A stretch of DNA of 64,000 nt from an uncultured Gammaproteobacteria bacterium (GTDB lineage: Bacteria; Pseudomonadota; Gammaproteobacteria; DRLM01): NCBI GenBank assembly GCA_963761035.1, contig CAVXFH010000002.1:1930915-1994914 (forward strand), in the 5' to 3' direction. The position numbers were made by a program, and so were the translations under genes. The notes beneath the pieces are model-generated. The model was not told the DNA's origin, searched no databases, and saw nothing but the letters and a program-made list of their open reading frames with translations. Of this stretch, positions 54,730 to 64,000 are shown one piece after another (position 1 is the stretch's first letter; every line of letters begins with the position of its first letter).

Positions 54730-55821
54730 ATGAGTTTGATGAAGACGCGTGTACAACAGTGGGTGAGGCCGGAGGTGCAGGCGCTCACCGCCTATCACGT
54801 GCCGGACGCCAGCGGACTGATCAAGCTCGACGCCATGGAAAATCCCTATAATTGGCCGCCGCACATGGCGGCTAAATGGCTGGAGGCATTGCGCGGCGTC
54901 GCGCTCAACCGCTATCCCGATCCCGCCGCGGTACGGCTCAAGACGCGTTTGCGCGAAACGTTCCGCCTGCCCGCGGAGAGTGCGGTATTGCTGGGAAACG
55001 GCTCCGATGAGCTGATTCAAATGATCTTGATGGCGGTGGCCGGGATCGGCCGCACGGCGGTGGCGCCCGAGCCGAGCTTTTCCATGTATCGCATCATCAG
55101 CACCAATGTGGGCGTGAGCTACGTAGGTGTTCCGCTCAAAGATGATTTCTCCTTGGATGTGGCCGCGACCCGCGACGCCATCGCCACCCATCGTCCGGCG
55201 GTGGTGTTTATCGCCTACCCCAGCAATCCTACCGGGAACTTATTCGCGGCGGAGGATATCTGCTCTTTAATAGAGGCGGCGCCGGGTTTGGTGGTCGTGG
55301 ACGAGGCCTATACCGCCTTTTGCAACGCCGACTTTGCGGAATATCTGGCGCGCTACGAGCATTTGTTAATCCTGCGTACGGTGTCCAAGCTGGGGTTGGC
55401 GGGCCTGCGTTTGGGATTCTTGGTGGGGGCGCCGTCCTGGCTGCAGGAGATCGACAAGCTGCGCCTGCCTTACAACATCAATGTACTGACCCAGGCGAGC
55501 GCCGAGTTCGCCTTGAATCACTATGCGATGTTGCAGGAGCAGGCCGATCGTATTCGCGCCGATCGCGACGCGCTCTACGCCGCCTTGCGGTCCTTGCCGG
55601 GAGTGACCGCGTTTCCCAGCCAGTCCAACTTCATCTTATTCCGCGTCGCGGCGGGGCGAGCAGGCGAAATCTTTCAGCGGCTCAAGGCGGCCGGTGTGTT
55701 GATTAAAAATCTGCACGGTTCGCATCCCGCCTTGCGCGATTGCCTGAGGGTAACGGTGGGGATGCCGGAAGAAAACCGGGCCTTTTTGAGCGCAATGCTC
55801 GCGGCACTGAAGCTGGATTAA
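54730..55821 (+). CDS. hisC: Histidinol-phosphate aminotransferase
   Basis: 363-aa class-II aminotransferase. PLP-Lys region 'RTVSKLGLAGLRLGF'. Confidence 0.9.
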   Translation: MSLMKTRVQQWVRPEVQALTAYHVPDASGLIKLDAMENPYNWPPHMAAKWLEALRGVALNRYPDPAAVRLKTRLRETFRLPAESAVLLGNGSDELIQMILMAVAGIGRTAVAPEPSFSMYRIISTNVGVSYVGVPLKDDFSLDVAATRDAIATHRPAVVFIAYPSNPTGNLFAAEDICSLIEAAPGLVVVDEAYTAFCNADFAEYLARYEHLLILRTVSKLGLAGLRLGFLVGAPSWLQEIDKLRLPYNINVLTQASAEFALNHYAMLQEQADRIRADRDALYAALRSLPGVTAFPSQSNFILFRVAAGRAGEIFQRLKAAGVLIKNLHGSHPALRDCLRVTVGMPEENRAFLSAMLAALKLD

Positions 55822-55876
55822 ATCGCCGATCGGCATATGATGGCTTATATATTGTTTTATTTCGCGGAGACGGACT

Positions 55877-56470
55877 ATGGCTGAGCGCAAGGCCAGTATA
55901 CAACGCAACACCCTGGAAACGCAGATTCAGGTCAGCGTGAATCTGGACGGTAACGGAGCTTCCGCGTTCAAGACGGGGGTGCCCTTTCTCGATCATATGC
56001 TTGACCAAGTGGCGCGCCACGGCATGATCGACATCGAAGTGACCGCCGCCGGCGACCTGCAGATCGATGCCCATCACACCGTGGAAGACATCGGTATCGC
56101 CCTGGGACAGGCATTTGCCGCGGCGGTGGGAGATAAGCGCGGGATTCGCCGTTACGGCCACGCTTATGTGCCATTGGACGAGGCCCTGTCACGGGTGGTG
56201 GTGGATTTCTCGGGCCGGCCCGGAATGGAGTATGGCGTGCAATTCAGCCGCGCGCGCATCGGTGATTTCGATGCCGACTTGTTGCATGAGTTCTTTCAGG
56301 GATTCGTCAACCACGCCCAGGTAACCCTGCACATCGATTGCCTGCGCGGCGTAAATGGCCACCATATCGCCGAGACGGTGTTCAAGGCCTTTGGTCGCGC
56401 GCTGCGCATGGCCTTGGAGCCGGATCCGCGCATGCAGGGTGCGATGCCCTCCACCAAAGGTAGCTTGTGA
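55877..56470 (+). CDS. hisB: Imidazoleglycerol-phosphate dehydratase (monofunctional)
   Basis: 197 aa. '[15 protein letters not shown]' IGPD motif. Confidence 0.9.
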   Translation: MAERKASIQRNTLETQIQVSVNLDGNGASAFKTGVPFLDHMLDQVARHGMIDIEVTAAGDLQIDAHHTVEDIGIALGQAFAAAVGDKRGIRRYGHAYVPLDEALSRVVVDFSGRPGMEYGVQFSRARIGDFDADLLHEFFQGFVNHAQVTLHIDCLRGVNGHHIAETVFKAFGRALRMALEPDPRMQGAMPSTKGSL

Positions 56471-56514
56471 TCAGCGCGCGCAATCGAAACGGGATGCCGA
56501 TATAGGTTATTGGT

Positions 56515-57162
56515 ATGAATGTGGTAGCGGTGATCGATTACGGCATGGGTAATCTGCGTTCGGTGTCCAAGGCCCTCGAACATGTTGGGGGCGATAGGTC
56601 GGTGCGCGTGACCTATGACCCGGATCTGATTCGCCGCGCTGATCGGGTGGTGTTTCCCGGCGTGGGGGCCTTGCGGGATTGCATGACGGAACTGACGCGC
56701 TTGGGGCTGGACGAGGTGATTCGGGAATGTGCGGCGACCAAGCCGTTTCTCGGTATCTGTTTGGGGATGCAGGCCTTGCTGGAATTCAGTGAAGAAAATA
56801 ATGGTACTGAAGGCTTGGGCATATTGCCGGGACGGGTGGTGGGATTCCCCATTCCTTTTATCGACGCCGTCAATCATGAGCGCCTCAAGGTACCGCATAT
56901 GGGATGGAACCAGGTGCGTCAGACCCGTGCCCATTTTTTGTGGACGGACATCGCGCAGGACAGCCGTTTTTATTTCGTGCACAGCTATTATGCGGTCCCC
57001 AGTGTCGCTGGACAGGTGGCGGGCACGGCGCACTATGGCCGCGATGTGGCGGTTGCCCTTGCTCGGGAAAATATCTTCGCCGTGCAGTTTCACCCGGAAA
57101 AGAGTCAACACGCCGGCTTACAGCTGTTGGCCAATTTTATGCGCTGGGACGGTACCCAGTGA
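56515..57162 (+). CDS. hisH: Imidazole glycerol phosphate synthase glutaminase subunit
   Basis: 215-aa class-I GATase. 'GICLGMQAL' catalytic Cys. Confidence 0.9.
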   Translation: MNVVAVIDYGMGNLRSVSKALEHVGGDRSVRVTYDPDLIRRADRVVFPGVGALRDCMTELTRLGLDEVIRECAATKPFLGICLGMQALLEFSEENNGTEGLGILPGRVVGFPIPFIDAVNHERLKVPHMGWNQVRQTRAHFLWTDIAQDSRFYFVHSYYAVPSVAGQVAGTAHYGRDVAVALARENIFAVQFHPEKSQHAGLQLLANFMRWDGTQ

Positions 57163-57211
57163 CGCGGAGGAATGATGGTCATGATTACATTGGGCGTTTG
57201 AGGAAGACCTT

Positions 57212-57946
57212 ATGTTATTGATACCCGCCATTGATCTTAAGGATGGAAAATGTGTGCGCCTGCGTCAGGGGCGCATGGAGGATGATACGGTCTTTTCCGA
57301 CGACCCTGTCGCGGTCGCCGACCGTTGGGTGGCGGTCGGCGCACGGCGTCTGCACGTGGTGGATCTCAATGGGGCCTTCGCCGGCCGCCCGGTCAACGCT
57401 GAAGCCATACGCCGCATCGCCGAGGCCCATCCCCAGATACCGATACAAGTGGGCGGTGGCATCCGGGACGACGATACTATCGAGCTCTATCTGTCGATGG
57501 GGGTTACTTATGTGATTCTTGGCACCAATGCCGTGAACGTTCCGCATTTTGTAGGCGATGCCTGTTCGGAATTCCCCGGCCACATCATGGTGGCCTTGGA
57601 CGCCAAGGAGGGCAAGGTTGCCATCGACGGCTGGTCCAAGCTTTCCAATCATGATGTGATCGATATCGCCAAGCGCTTTGAACGCGAAGGCGTGGAAGCC
57701 ATTATCTATACTGACATCAACCGCGACGGCATGATGGCCGGCGTCAATGTCGAAGCCACGGCGGCATTGGCCCGCGCCATTACCATCCCAGTGATTGCCT
57801 CGGGAGGGGTGTCCAGGCTGGACGATATCCGCCGACTGTGCGAGGTGGCCAATGAGGGCGTTATGGGCGCCATAGTCGGCCGCGCGCTCTATGAAGGCGG
57901 TCTTGATCTGGCCGAGGCGCAGCGTTTGGCGGATCAACTCGGTTAA
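57212..57946 (+). CDS. hisA: ProFAR isomerase
   Basis: '[16 protein letters not shown]' N-terminus, 244-aa (beta/alpha)8. Confidence 0.9.
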   Translation: MLLIPAIDLKDGKCVRLRQGRMEDDTVFSDDPVAVADRWVAVGARRLHVVDLNGAFAGRPVNAEAIRRIAEAHPQIPIQVGGGIRDDDTIELYLSMGVTYVILGTNAVNVPHFVGDACSEFPGHIMVALDAKEGKVAIDGWSKLSNHDVIDIAKRFEREGVEAIIYTDINRDGMMAGVNVEATAALARAITIPVIASGGVSRLDDIRRLCEVANEGVMGAIVGRALYEGGLDLAEAQRLADQLG

Positions 57947-57952
57947 CGAATC

Positions 57953-58726
57953 ATGGGATTGGCCAAGCGCATCATTCCTTGTCTGGATGTCGACAAGGGC
58001 CGGGTGGTTAAGGGAGTGAAGTTTGCCGGGATTCGCGACGCGGGGGATCCGGTCGAGATCGCCAAACGCTATGACGAGCAAGGTGCCGATGAATTGGTAT
58101 TTCTCGACATCACCGCCAGCGCCGAAAACCGCGACACCATGGTCCATGTGGTGGAAGACGTGGCGAGCCAAGTGTTTATCCCGCTGACGGTGGGCGGTGG
58201 AATTCGCAGCGCCGCGGATATCCGGCGCATGCTCAATGCCGGAGCCGACAAGGTGGCGATCAATACCGCGGCAGTGGCTAATCCGGAGCTGGTGCGCGAG
58301 GCGTCGGCCCGTTTTGGTTCGCAGTGCATCGTGGTGGCCATTGATGCCAAGCAGGTTAACAAAGGTGACGAGCCGCCGCGTTGGGCGGTTTTTACCCACG
58401 GCGGCCGCAAGGCCACGGGGATCGATGCGGTGCTGTGGGCGATCCAGATGATGAAATATGGGGCCGGCGAGATCCTCTTGACCAGCATGGACCGCGACGG
58501 CACCCGCGACGGCTTCGATCTGGACTTGGTCCGGGCGGTGAGCGAGGCGGTGACCATCCCCGTGATTGCCTCCGGCGGTGTCGGGACTCTGGACCATCTA
58601 GTGGAAGGCATTAAGCTAGGTGCCGCCGATGCGGTGTTGGCCGCCAGCATCTTTCACTTCGGCCAAAATACGGTGGAAGAAGCCAAGCGCCGTCTGGCGG
58701 CACAAGGTATAGAGGTGCGTCTCTAG
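57953..58726 (+). CDS. hisF: Imidazole glycerol phosphate synthase cyclase subunit
   Basis: '[20 protein letters not shown]' N-terminus, 257 aa. Confidence 0.92.
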   Translation: MGLAKRIIPCLDVDKGRVVKGVKFAGIRDAGDPVEIAKRYDEQGADELVFLDITASAENRDTMVHVVEDVASQVFIPLTVGGGIRSAADIRRMLNAGADKVAINTAAVANPELVREASARFGSQCIVVAIDAKQVNKGDEPPRWAVFTHGGRKATGIDAVLWAIQMMKYGAGEILLTSMDRDGTRDGFDLDLVRAVSEAVTIPVIASGGVGTLDHLVEGIKLGAADAVLAASIFHFGQNTVEEAKRRLAAQGIEVRL

Positions 58727-58744
58727 ATATGGCGAAAATCGATT

Positions 58745-59134
58745 ATGAGTGACCTATGGCTCGATCAGATCGTGTGGACCAATGATGGTTTGGTGCCGGC
58801 CATTGCCCAAGAGCTCGGGACCGGACGGGTATTGATGATGGCATGGATGAATCGCCAAGCCCTGCTGGAGACCGTCGCCGGCGGCAAGGCCGTGTATTGG
58901 TCGCGGTCACGGCAACGCTTGTGGCGCAAAGGCGAGGAGTCGGGCCATGATCAGATCGTTAAAGAGATACGGCTTGATTGCGACGGGGATGTCGTCCTGC
59001 TCGTCGTGGAGCAGGTGGGCGGTATCGCCTGCCATACCGGGCGACACAGCTGTTTCTATCGACGTTTGCAGCAAGGTGCCTGGGTAGAGGCGGATCCCGT
59101 GTTGAAAGATGCCGGCATTATCTATAAAGGGTGA
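58745..59134 (+). CDS. hisI: Phosphoribosyl-AMP cyclohydrolase
   Basis: 129 aa. '[27 protein letters not shown]' metal-binding motif. Confidence 0.9.
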   Translation: MSDLWLDQIVWTNDGLVPAIAQELGTGRVLMMAWMNRQALLETVAGGKAVYWSRSRQRLWRKGEESGHDQIVKEIRLDCDGDVVLLVVEQVGGIACHTGRHSCFYRRLQQGAWVEADPVLKDAGIIYKG

Positions 59135-59466
59135 CTGCCACTATGAACGATGTATTGCGACGCTTGGGCGACGTATTGGAGTCGCGCAAGCAAGCTGATC
59201 CCGCTGACTCTTATGTGGCGAGCCTGTATGCAAAGGGTCTGGACGCCATCTTGAAAAAGATCGGCGAAGAGGCCACTGAGACGGTACTAGCCGCCAAGGA
59301 AGGCGCAGCGGATAAGATCATCCATGAGACCGCCGACCTGTGGTTCCATACCTTGGTGTTGCTCGCCCATCAGGGCTTGCGGCCGGAGCAGGTGCTCGAT
59401 GAGCTGGCACGGCGGTTTGGTGTGTCTGGCGCGGCGGAAAAGGCATCGCGCACTAAATCTGAATGA
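59131..59466 (+). CDS. hisE: Phosphoribosyl-ATP pyrophosphatase
   Basis: 111-aa MazG-like. 4-nt overlap with hisI. Confidence 0.9.
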   Translation: MTATMNDVLRRLGDVLESRKQADPADSYVASLYAKGLDAILKKIGEEATETVLAAKEGAADKIIHETADLWFHTLVLLAHQGLRPEQVLDELARRFGVSGAAEKASRTKSE

Positions 59467-59648
59467 AGAATGAAATTTTTCCTCATGAAGGGGTTTTCAA
59501 CAATTTATTGTTTTACTTCAAGGCGATATGGTGTCGTTTTCGTCCGCCAGTAGGTGTGCCAGCCGTGTCCGTGTAGAATGATCGGTAAAATGCAGCACGG
59601 TCGGCAGCGAAACGGCAGCTGTTCCGGTGAGGACTTAAGGAGAATCAT

Positions 59649-59885
59649 ATGGGTATCAGTATCTGGCAATTGTTGATTATTCTAGTGATCGTGTTGTTGT
59701 TGTTCGGAGCTAAGCGGTTACGTACCATCGGCACTGATCTGGGTGGCGCCGTCAAAGGTTTCCGCGCTGCGATGAATGAAGGCAAGGAAGACGAGCAGGC
59801 CAAGGAAAACGTGGAGCACCAAGAGACTCGCACTACCATCGAAGGCGAAGTAACCAACAAGGAAACCGGCAAGAATAAGGCATGA
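59649..59885 (+). CDS. tatA: Sec-independent translocase TatA
   Basis: '[24 protein letters not shown]'. AAGGAG SD. Confidence 0.92.
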   Translation: MGISIWQLLIILVIVLLLFGAKRLRTIGTDLGGAVKGFRAAMNEGKEDEQAKENVEHQETRTTIEGEVTNKETGKNKA

Positions 59886-59895
59886 CGGTGCCGTC

Positions 59896-60276
59896 ATGTT
59901 CGATATCGGGTTCTCCGAAATAATTTTGATCGCGATCATCGCCCTGCTGGTAGTAGGGCCGCAGGAATTGCCTGCGTTAGTGCGCAGCATAGGATCGTGG
60001 GTGGGTAAGGTTCGCCACTTCATGAGCGCGGTCAAGACCGAGTTCGATCGGGAGATTCACAAAGCGGATGAGATACGACGGCTCATGGCCAAAGAGGTGG
60101 AGGTCGCCGAGCTTCATAAAACACTTGACGAAGATCGCAGGGCGGATCGGCCCGAGGATCCGTCCCGAACTGAAATCCCCCACGGTTCCGATACTCAGAT
60201 ATCGGCCACCTCTATGAGTTCAGGCGACACAGCGGCTCCAGCCGCCAAGCAAGATCATGGCAAGCCGCAAGCCTAA
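59896..60276 (+). CDS. tatB: Sec-independent translocase TatB
   Basis: 'MFDIGFSEIILIAIIALLVVGPQELP'. Confidence 0.9.
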   Translation: MFDIGFSEIILIAIIALLVVGPQELPALVRSIGSWVGKVRHFMSAVKTEFDREIHKADEIRRLMAKEVEVAELHKTLDEDRRADRPEDPSRTEIPHGSDTQISATSMSSGDTAAPAAKQDHGKPQA

Positions 60277-61063
60277 TTATACCCCGCAGCAAGAACAACC
60301 CTTCATGTCGCACCTCATTGAGTTGCGAGGGCGCTTGTTGCGCATGGTGCTTTTTATATTGCTGGTATTTCTGGTGTTGTTCCCCTTTACCGGCAAACTG
60401 TATTCGTTATTGGCGAAGCCGCTGTTACAATACCTGCCCGCTGGCGGCAGCATGATCGCCACGGAAGTGGCATCGCCGTTTCTCACGCCTTTTAAGTTCG
60501 TCTTCGTGTTGGCTATCGCCTTGGCCATGCCCTACGTATTGCATCAGTTGTGGCGGTTTATCGCGCCCGGCTTGTATCGGCGCGAGCGGCGTATCGCCCT
60601 GCCGTTGCTGGTATCCAGCATTATCTTGTTTTACAGCGGGATCGCTTTTGCCTATTACGTGGTGTTTCCCTTGGCGTTTCGCTTCTTGGTCGGTTCCGCC
60701 CCGCAAGGGGTGGCGGTGATGACCGACATCAGCAAGTATCTGGATTTCACCCTGACCATCTTTTTTGCCTTCGGCATGGCCTTTGAGGTGCCTGTTGCGA
60801 TTGTCCTCATGGTGTGGGCGGGAATCACCACACCCGCGGCGTTGGCCGCGAAACGTTCCTATGTCATTGTTGCGGCATTTGTGATCGGTGCTGTCCTTAC
60901 TCCCCCCGACGTGATATCGCAAACCTTATTGGCGGTGCCCATGTGGTTATTGTTTGAATTGGGTCTGATCTTCTCGCGCTTTATCGTGATGCCGGAACAG
61001 CCGGAAGAGGGCGCTTCAACCGCCGTGCAGAAAGCGGAGAACGAAAATCCCCCGTCCTCATGA
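60257..61063 (+). CDS. tatC: Sec-independent translocase TatC
   Basis: 'HLIELRGRLL' and 'ASPFLTPFKF' TatC motifs, six TM segments. The alternative start ATG 60305 (MSHLIEL) removes the 20-nt overlap with tatB. Confidence 0.9.
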   Translation: MASRKPNYTPQQEQPFMSHLIELRGRLLRMVLFILLVFLVLFPFTGKLYSLLAKPLLQYLPAGGSMIATEVASPFLTPFKFVFVLAIALAMPYVLHQLWRFIAPGLYRRERRIALPLLVSSIILFYSGIAFAYYVVFPLAFRFLVGSAPQGVAVMTDISKYLDFTLTIFFAFGMAFEVPVAIVLMVWAGITTPAALAAKRSYVIVAAFVIGAVLTPPDVISQTLLAVPMWLLFELGLIFSRFIVMPEQPEEGASTAVQKAENENPPSS

Positions 61064-61090
61064 AACGCTTGCATGATATGCGCGCCGACA

Positions 61091-62266
61091 TTATTGCGGT
61101 TCTCGCATCGGTGGCGGTCGTTCCCCGATAGTGGTGCGCAGGCTAAGCGGCCTGCCGTGGCGGACCACCGCTAACTCGACTTGCGAACCCGGTGCCAGCG
61201 AGGCCGTGATATTCATGGCGGAACGGGCATCGTTAACGGCCTTTTCCCCCACTCCGGTCAAAATATCTCCGGGACGCAATCCGGCGCGATCCGCGGCGCT
61301 GGCGGGATACACGCCGGCGACGATGGCGCCGCGGTGATCGCCCAGGCCAAAGGATTCTGCCAAATCGGGGGTGATATCCTGTACTTCGATGCCCAACCAG
61401 CCGCGTATCACCCGGCCCTTTTCCAATATCTGTTCCATCACTGTCTTGGCGAGATTTGCCGGAATGGCGAATCCTATGCCCTGTGAACCGCCGGAGCGGG
61501 AGAAGATAGCGGTATTGATGCCTATCAATTGGCCGGAAGCATTGATCAAGGCGCCCCCGGAGTTGCCCGGATTGATGGCGGCATCGGTTTGGATGAAATT
61601 CTCGAAGGTGCTGATGCCCAATTGCTGGCGACCGGTGGCGCTGACGATGCCCTGGGTGACGGTTTGGCCGACGCCGAAGGGGTTGCCGATGGCCAGCACC
61701 ACGTCGCCCACCCGCATTTCTTCCGTGCGGCCAAATACGATAGAGGGAAGATGAGTGAGATTAACCTTTAGTAAGGCAAGGTCCGTTTCCGGGTCCGTTC
61801 CCACCACTATAGCTGAGGCGCTGCGTCCATCAACGAGGGCGACCTGGATTTCATCCGCGCCGTCGACCACATGATTGTTGGTGAGCACATAGCCATCGGC
61901 GCTGATGATCACGCCGGAACCCAGGCTGGATTCTAAGCGCTGGTTGGGGACTCCGGAATCGCCGCCAAAGAAATGCCGAAATACGGGGTCGCTATAGAAT
62001 GGCGACGGGCGCTGCGTGACGACCTTGGTAGTATAGATATTGACCACGGCGGGCACTGCGGCTTGAACGGCATCGGCGTAGGAGGCAGTGCCGATGTTCC
62101 CCGCGGGATTTTGTAATGTCGTTAGATGCGGCGGCGCCTCTTGCACCTGAACGGTGGAATGGGCGTTGAAGGTTTCCGGACGGAACAGCAGCAGTAATAC
62201 AAAAGCAAAGGCCAGCCCGGCTAGAGTGGCTTCCATGAAGAAGACAAAGGTTTTACGCGTCGACAT
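61091..62266 (-). CDS. HtrA/Do-family periplasmic serine endoprotease with N-terminal membrane anchor and single PDZ domain (DegS/AlgW-like)
   Basis: Catalytic triad context 'LTNNHVV' (His), 'DLALLKV' (Asp), 'GNSGGALIN' (Ser). One PDZ domain. 391 aa. Confidence 0.85.
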   Translation of the reverse strand: MSTRKTFVFFMEATLAGLAFAFVLLLLFRPETFNAHSTVQVQEAPPHLTTLQNPAGNIGTASYADAVQAAVPAVVNIYTTKVVTQRPSPFYSDPVFRHFFGGDSGVPNQRLESSLGSGVIISADGYVLTNNHVVDGADEIQVALVDGRSASAIVVGTDPETDLALLKVNLTHLPSIVFGRTEEMRVGDVVLAIGNPFGVGQTVTQGIVSATGRQQLGISTFENFIQTDAAINPGNSGGALINASGQLIGINTAIFSRSGGSQGIGFAIPANLAKTVMEQILEKGRVIRGWLGIEVQDITPDLAESFGLGDHRGAIVAGVYPASAADRAGLRPGDILTGVGEKAVNDARSAMNITASLAPGSQVELAVVRHGRPLSLRTTIGERPPPMREPQ

Positions 62267-62390
62267 CGGTACCTCGTCCTAAAGTGAGAAGGGGCCGCTC
62301 ATTTAATTATAATCATTCACAACGGCCGCGTTGGCATGGATATACTCCGCTTGCTACAGTTGAATGGTAGCGTAATCAAAGGAAAAGCGC

Positions 62391-63146
62391 ATGGTACGGC
62401 GTAACGAGTTATTAAAATATACCAATGAATTGCTGCAAAGCGAGCGCTTTCGCGATTATGCTCCGAACGGTTTACAAGTCGAGGGGTATGACGAGATTCG
62501 GCTCTTAGCCAGTGCGGTGACCGCCAGTTATGCGGCAGTGGAGGCGGCAGTGGCCATGGGAGCCCATGCCTTGTTGGTTCACCATGGGTATTTTTGGCGG
62601 GGAGAGCAAGCGGCCATTACCGGCATGAAACAGCGAAGGCTCGCTTTATTGCTCGCGAACAGGATCAATTTGTTGGCGTACCATCTGCCACTCGATGCGC
62701 ATGAGGTCTACGGCAACAATGCGCAACTAGCCCGGGTATTGGGTATACAGATAAAGGGTAGTTTCGGCCCGGAGCCCGGACTTGCCTATCATGGCGAATT
62801 GACCGCTCCCATGGACGGGGTGGAATTCGCGCGCCACGTCGCGCACTGTTTAGGCCGTGCGCCTTTGCATGTGGCAGGAAAGGCGCCGCGTACCATCCAT
62901 CGTATCGGGTGGTGTACGGGGGCGGCGCAAAGCTACCTGGAAGCGGCGGCGCAGCTGGGGCTCGATGCCTATCTGAGCGGCGAGGTTTCGGAGCAGACCT
63001 TCCATATCGTTCAGGAAACGGGAGTTCAATTTTTTAGCGCCGGTCATTATGCAACGGAACGATACGGTGTGATAGCACTGGGCGAACATCTGGCGAAAAA
63101 ATATGGATTGGATCACCGATTTATCGAGATCGCCAATCCGATCTAG
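62391..63146 (+). CDS. Nif3-family dinuclear-metal-centre protein (YbgI-like)
   Basis: 251 aa. 'LLVHHGYFW' and 'SAGHYATERYG' Nif3 motifs. Confidence 0.85.
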   Translation: MVRRNELLKYTNELLQSERFRDYAPNGLQVEGYDEIRLLASAVTASYAAVEAAVAMGAHALLVHHGYFWRGEQAAITGMKQRRLALLLANRINLLAYHLPLDAHEVYGNNAQLARVLGIQIKGSFGPEPGLAYHGELTAPMDGVEFARHVAHCLGRAPLHVAGKAPRTIHRIGWCTGAAQSYLEAAAQLGLDAYLSGEVSEQTFHIVQETGVQFFSAGHYATERYGVIALGEHLAKKYGLDHRFIEIANPI

Positions 63147-63768
63147 CTGAAATGTTTCATCGCGACGCTTCAGGTTAAATAGCGCGTCAAAAAATATCGG
63201 AATTTTCACCGTGTTTTCCGGCCTTTTTGCGGCGAAGTTTGCCGGTGCTTTGTTATAGGCGCCGCTATTTGGGGGATATTTTGCTCGAAGATAGCGGTTT
63301 GCGCCGGATTTGCAGGTTCCGCGGCGGCGCGGGCTCGTTTGCAGAGCGATTGAATTTCCTGATTTAGTAGCGACTTCTTTCAACGTTGACAGGGCGCGCA
63401 AAGTTGGTCTAGCATTCAATTCCCGACCGCGGAGGTGGCAGATGGTGTGTTGCCCTTTCGCTGAGTTGATAGCAAGAATAATAGGGAATTACTAGAAACT
63501 GAATAGATCACTGCTGGTATGGGTGATCAGGGGATAAGGGGGTGGTCATATGAGTACTTGTCCCGTCACTGTTGCTTCGTCGCCGATCTTCTTGAAGTGT
63601 GGTGCTCGCTGAGAGGTCGCCGTGCGATTAAAGAAGCGAAGCACCAAGAAGCAAGATATTTGTCCATGTAATGTGTATGAGCGGTTGCAACATAGCAGCT
63701 CTGTCTATGTTGTTGTGGGTGACCGCTGAAAATGGAAATGGAGCCAGAAAATCGATTGAGGGGAAAGA

Positions 63769-64000
63769 TGCCGGTCAATAATCGTGGTTCGGGGCGGCGG
63801 ATTGGCGCCTATCTTACGGGTGGCATGGGTAGGTATAAGTTGGCGACGTTGTTGGCGCCCTTCCTTCCACTGTTGATGGCGATGGCGATCTTCCTGCCGG
63901 CGGAGACGGGATATGCCGGAGAACCGTTTTCGGTTCCCAACACGGCACCGCCTAAAGGCAGCTACGACGGTGGATACGCCAACGATGGATTTAAGGTTCC
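63769..64000 (+). CDS. 5' part of a hypothetical secreted/membrane protein running off the window
   Basis: Open frame from ATG 63769 with a hydrophobic segment 'LATLLAPFLPLLMAMAIFL'. No homology recognised. Confidence 0.25.

Noticed and set aside
57215-58597. 460-aa ORF antisense to hisA/hisF
   Set aside because: Same high-GC antisense artefact. hisA and hisF are clearly encoded on the + strand.
63566-63778. 70-aa ORF (-) downstream of nif3
   Set aside because: Coincides with the long imperfect hairpin. No SD, Cys/His-poor, no similarity.

Overview
The window reads as a high-GC (~60%) gammaproteobacterial chromosome segment. Most of it is conserved housekeeping synteny. The exact gene order is listed under the features. 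Three segments break this backbone. (1) 0.3-1.5 kb: a low-GC DUF3617 lipoprotein gene followed by a ~650-bp AT-rich non-coding stretch upstream of amtB. (2) 15.2-21.2 kb, between holA and proA: a Gly-zipper membrane protein, an ABM monooxygenase divergent from a long, divergent SelO/YdiU-family kinase-fold protein, a sigma-54 promoter driving a small DUF2892 membrane protein with its own terminator, a GAF-domain sigma-54 activator, and a decayed PPK2 pseudogene. (3) 33.3-43.8 kb, splitting the usually adjacent yjgA and pmbA: glgP, a DUF1059 gene and a complete pgaABCD poly-GlcNAc biofilm operon. A TolC-like outer-membrane-factor gene sits inside the mla operon between mlaD and mlaC. No CRISPR arrays, tRNA/rRNA genes, integrases, transposases or recognisable defence-system genes were seen. 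Evidence for the best candidate for an uncharacterised system, the sigma-54 module of segment 2, is circumstantial. All calls rest on manual motif recognition without database searches.
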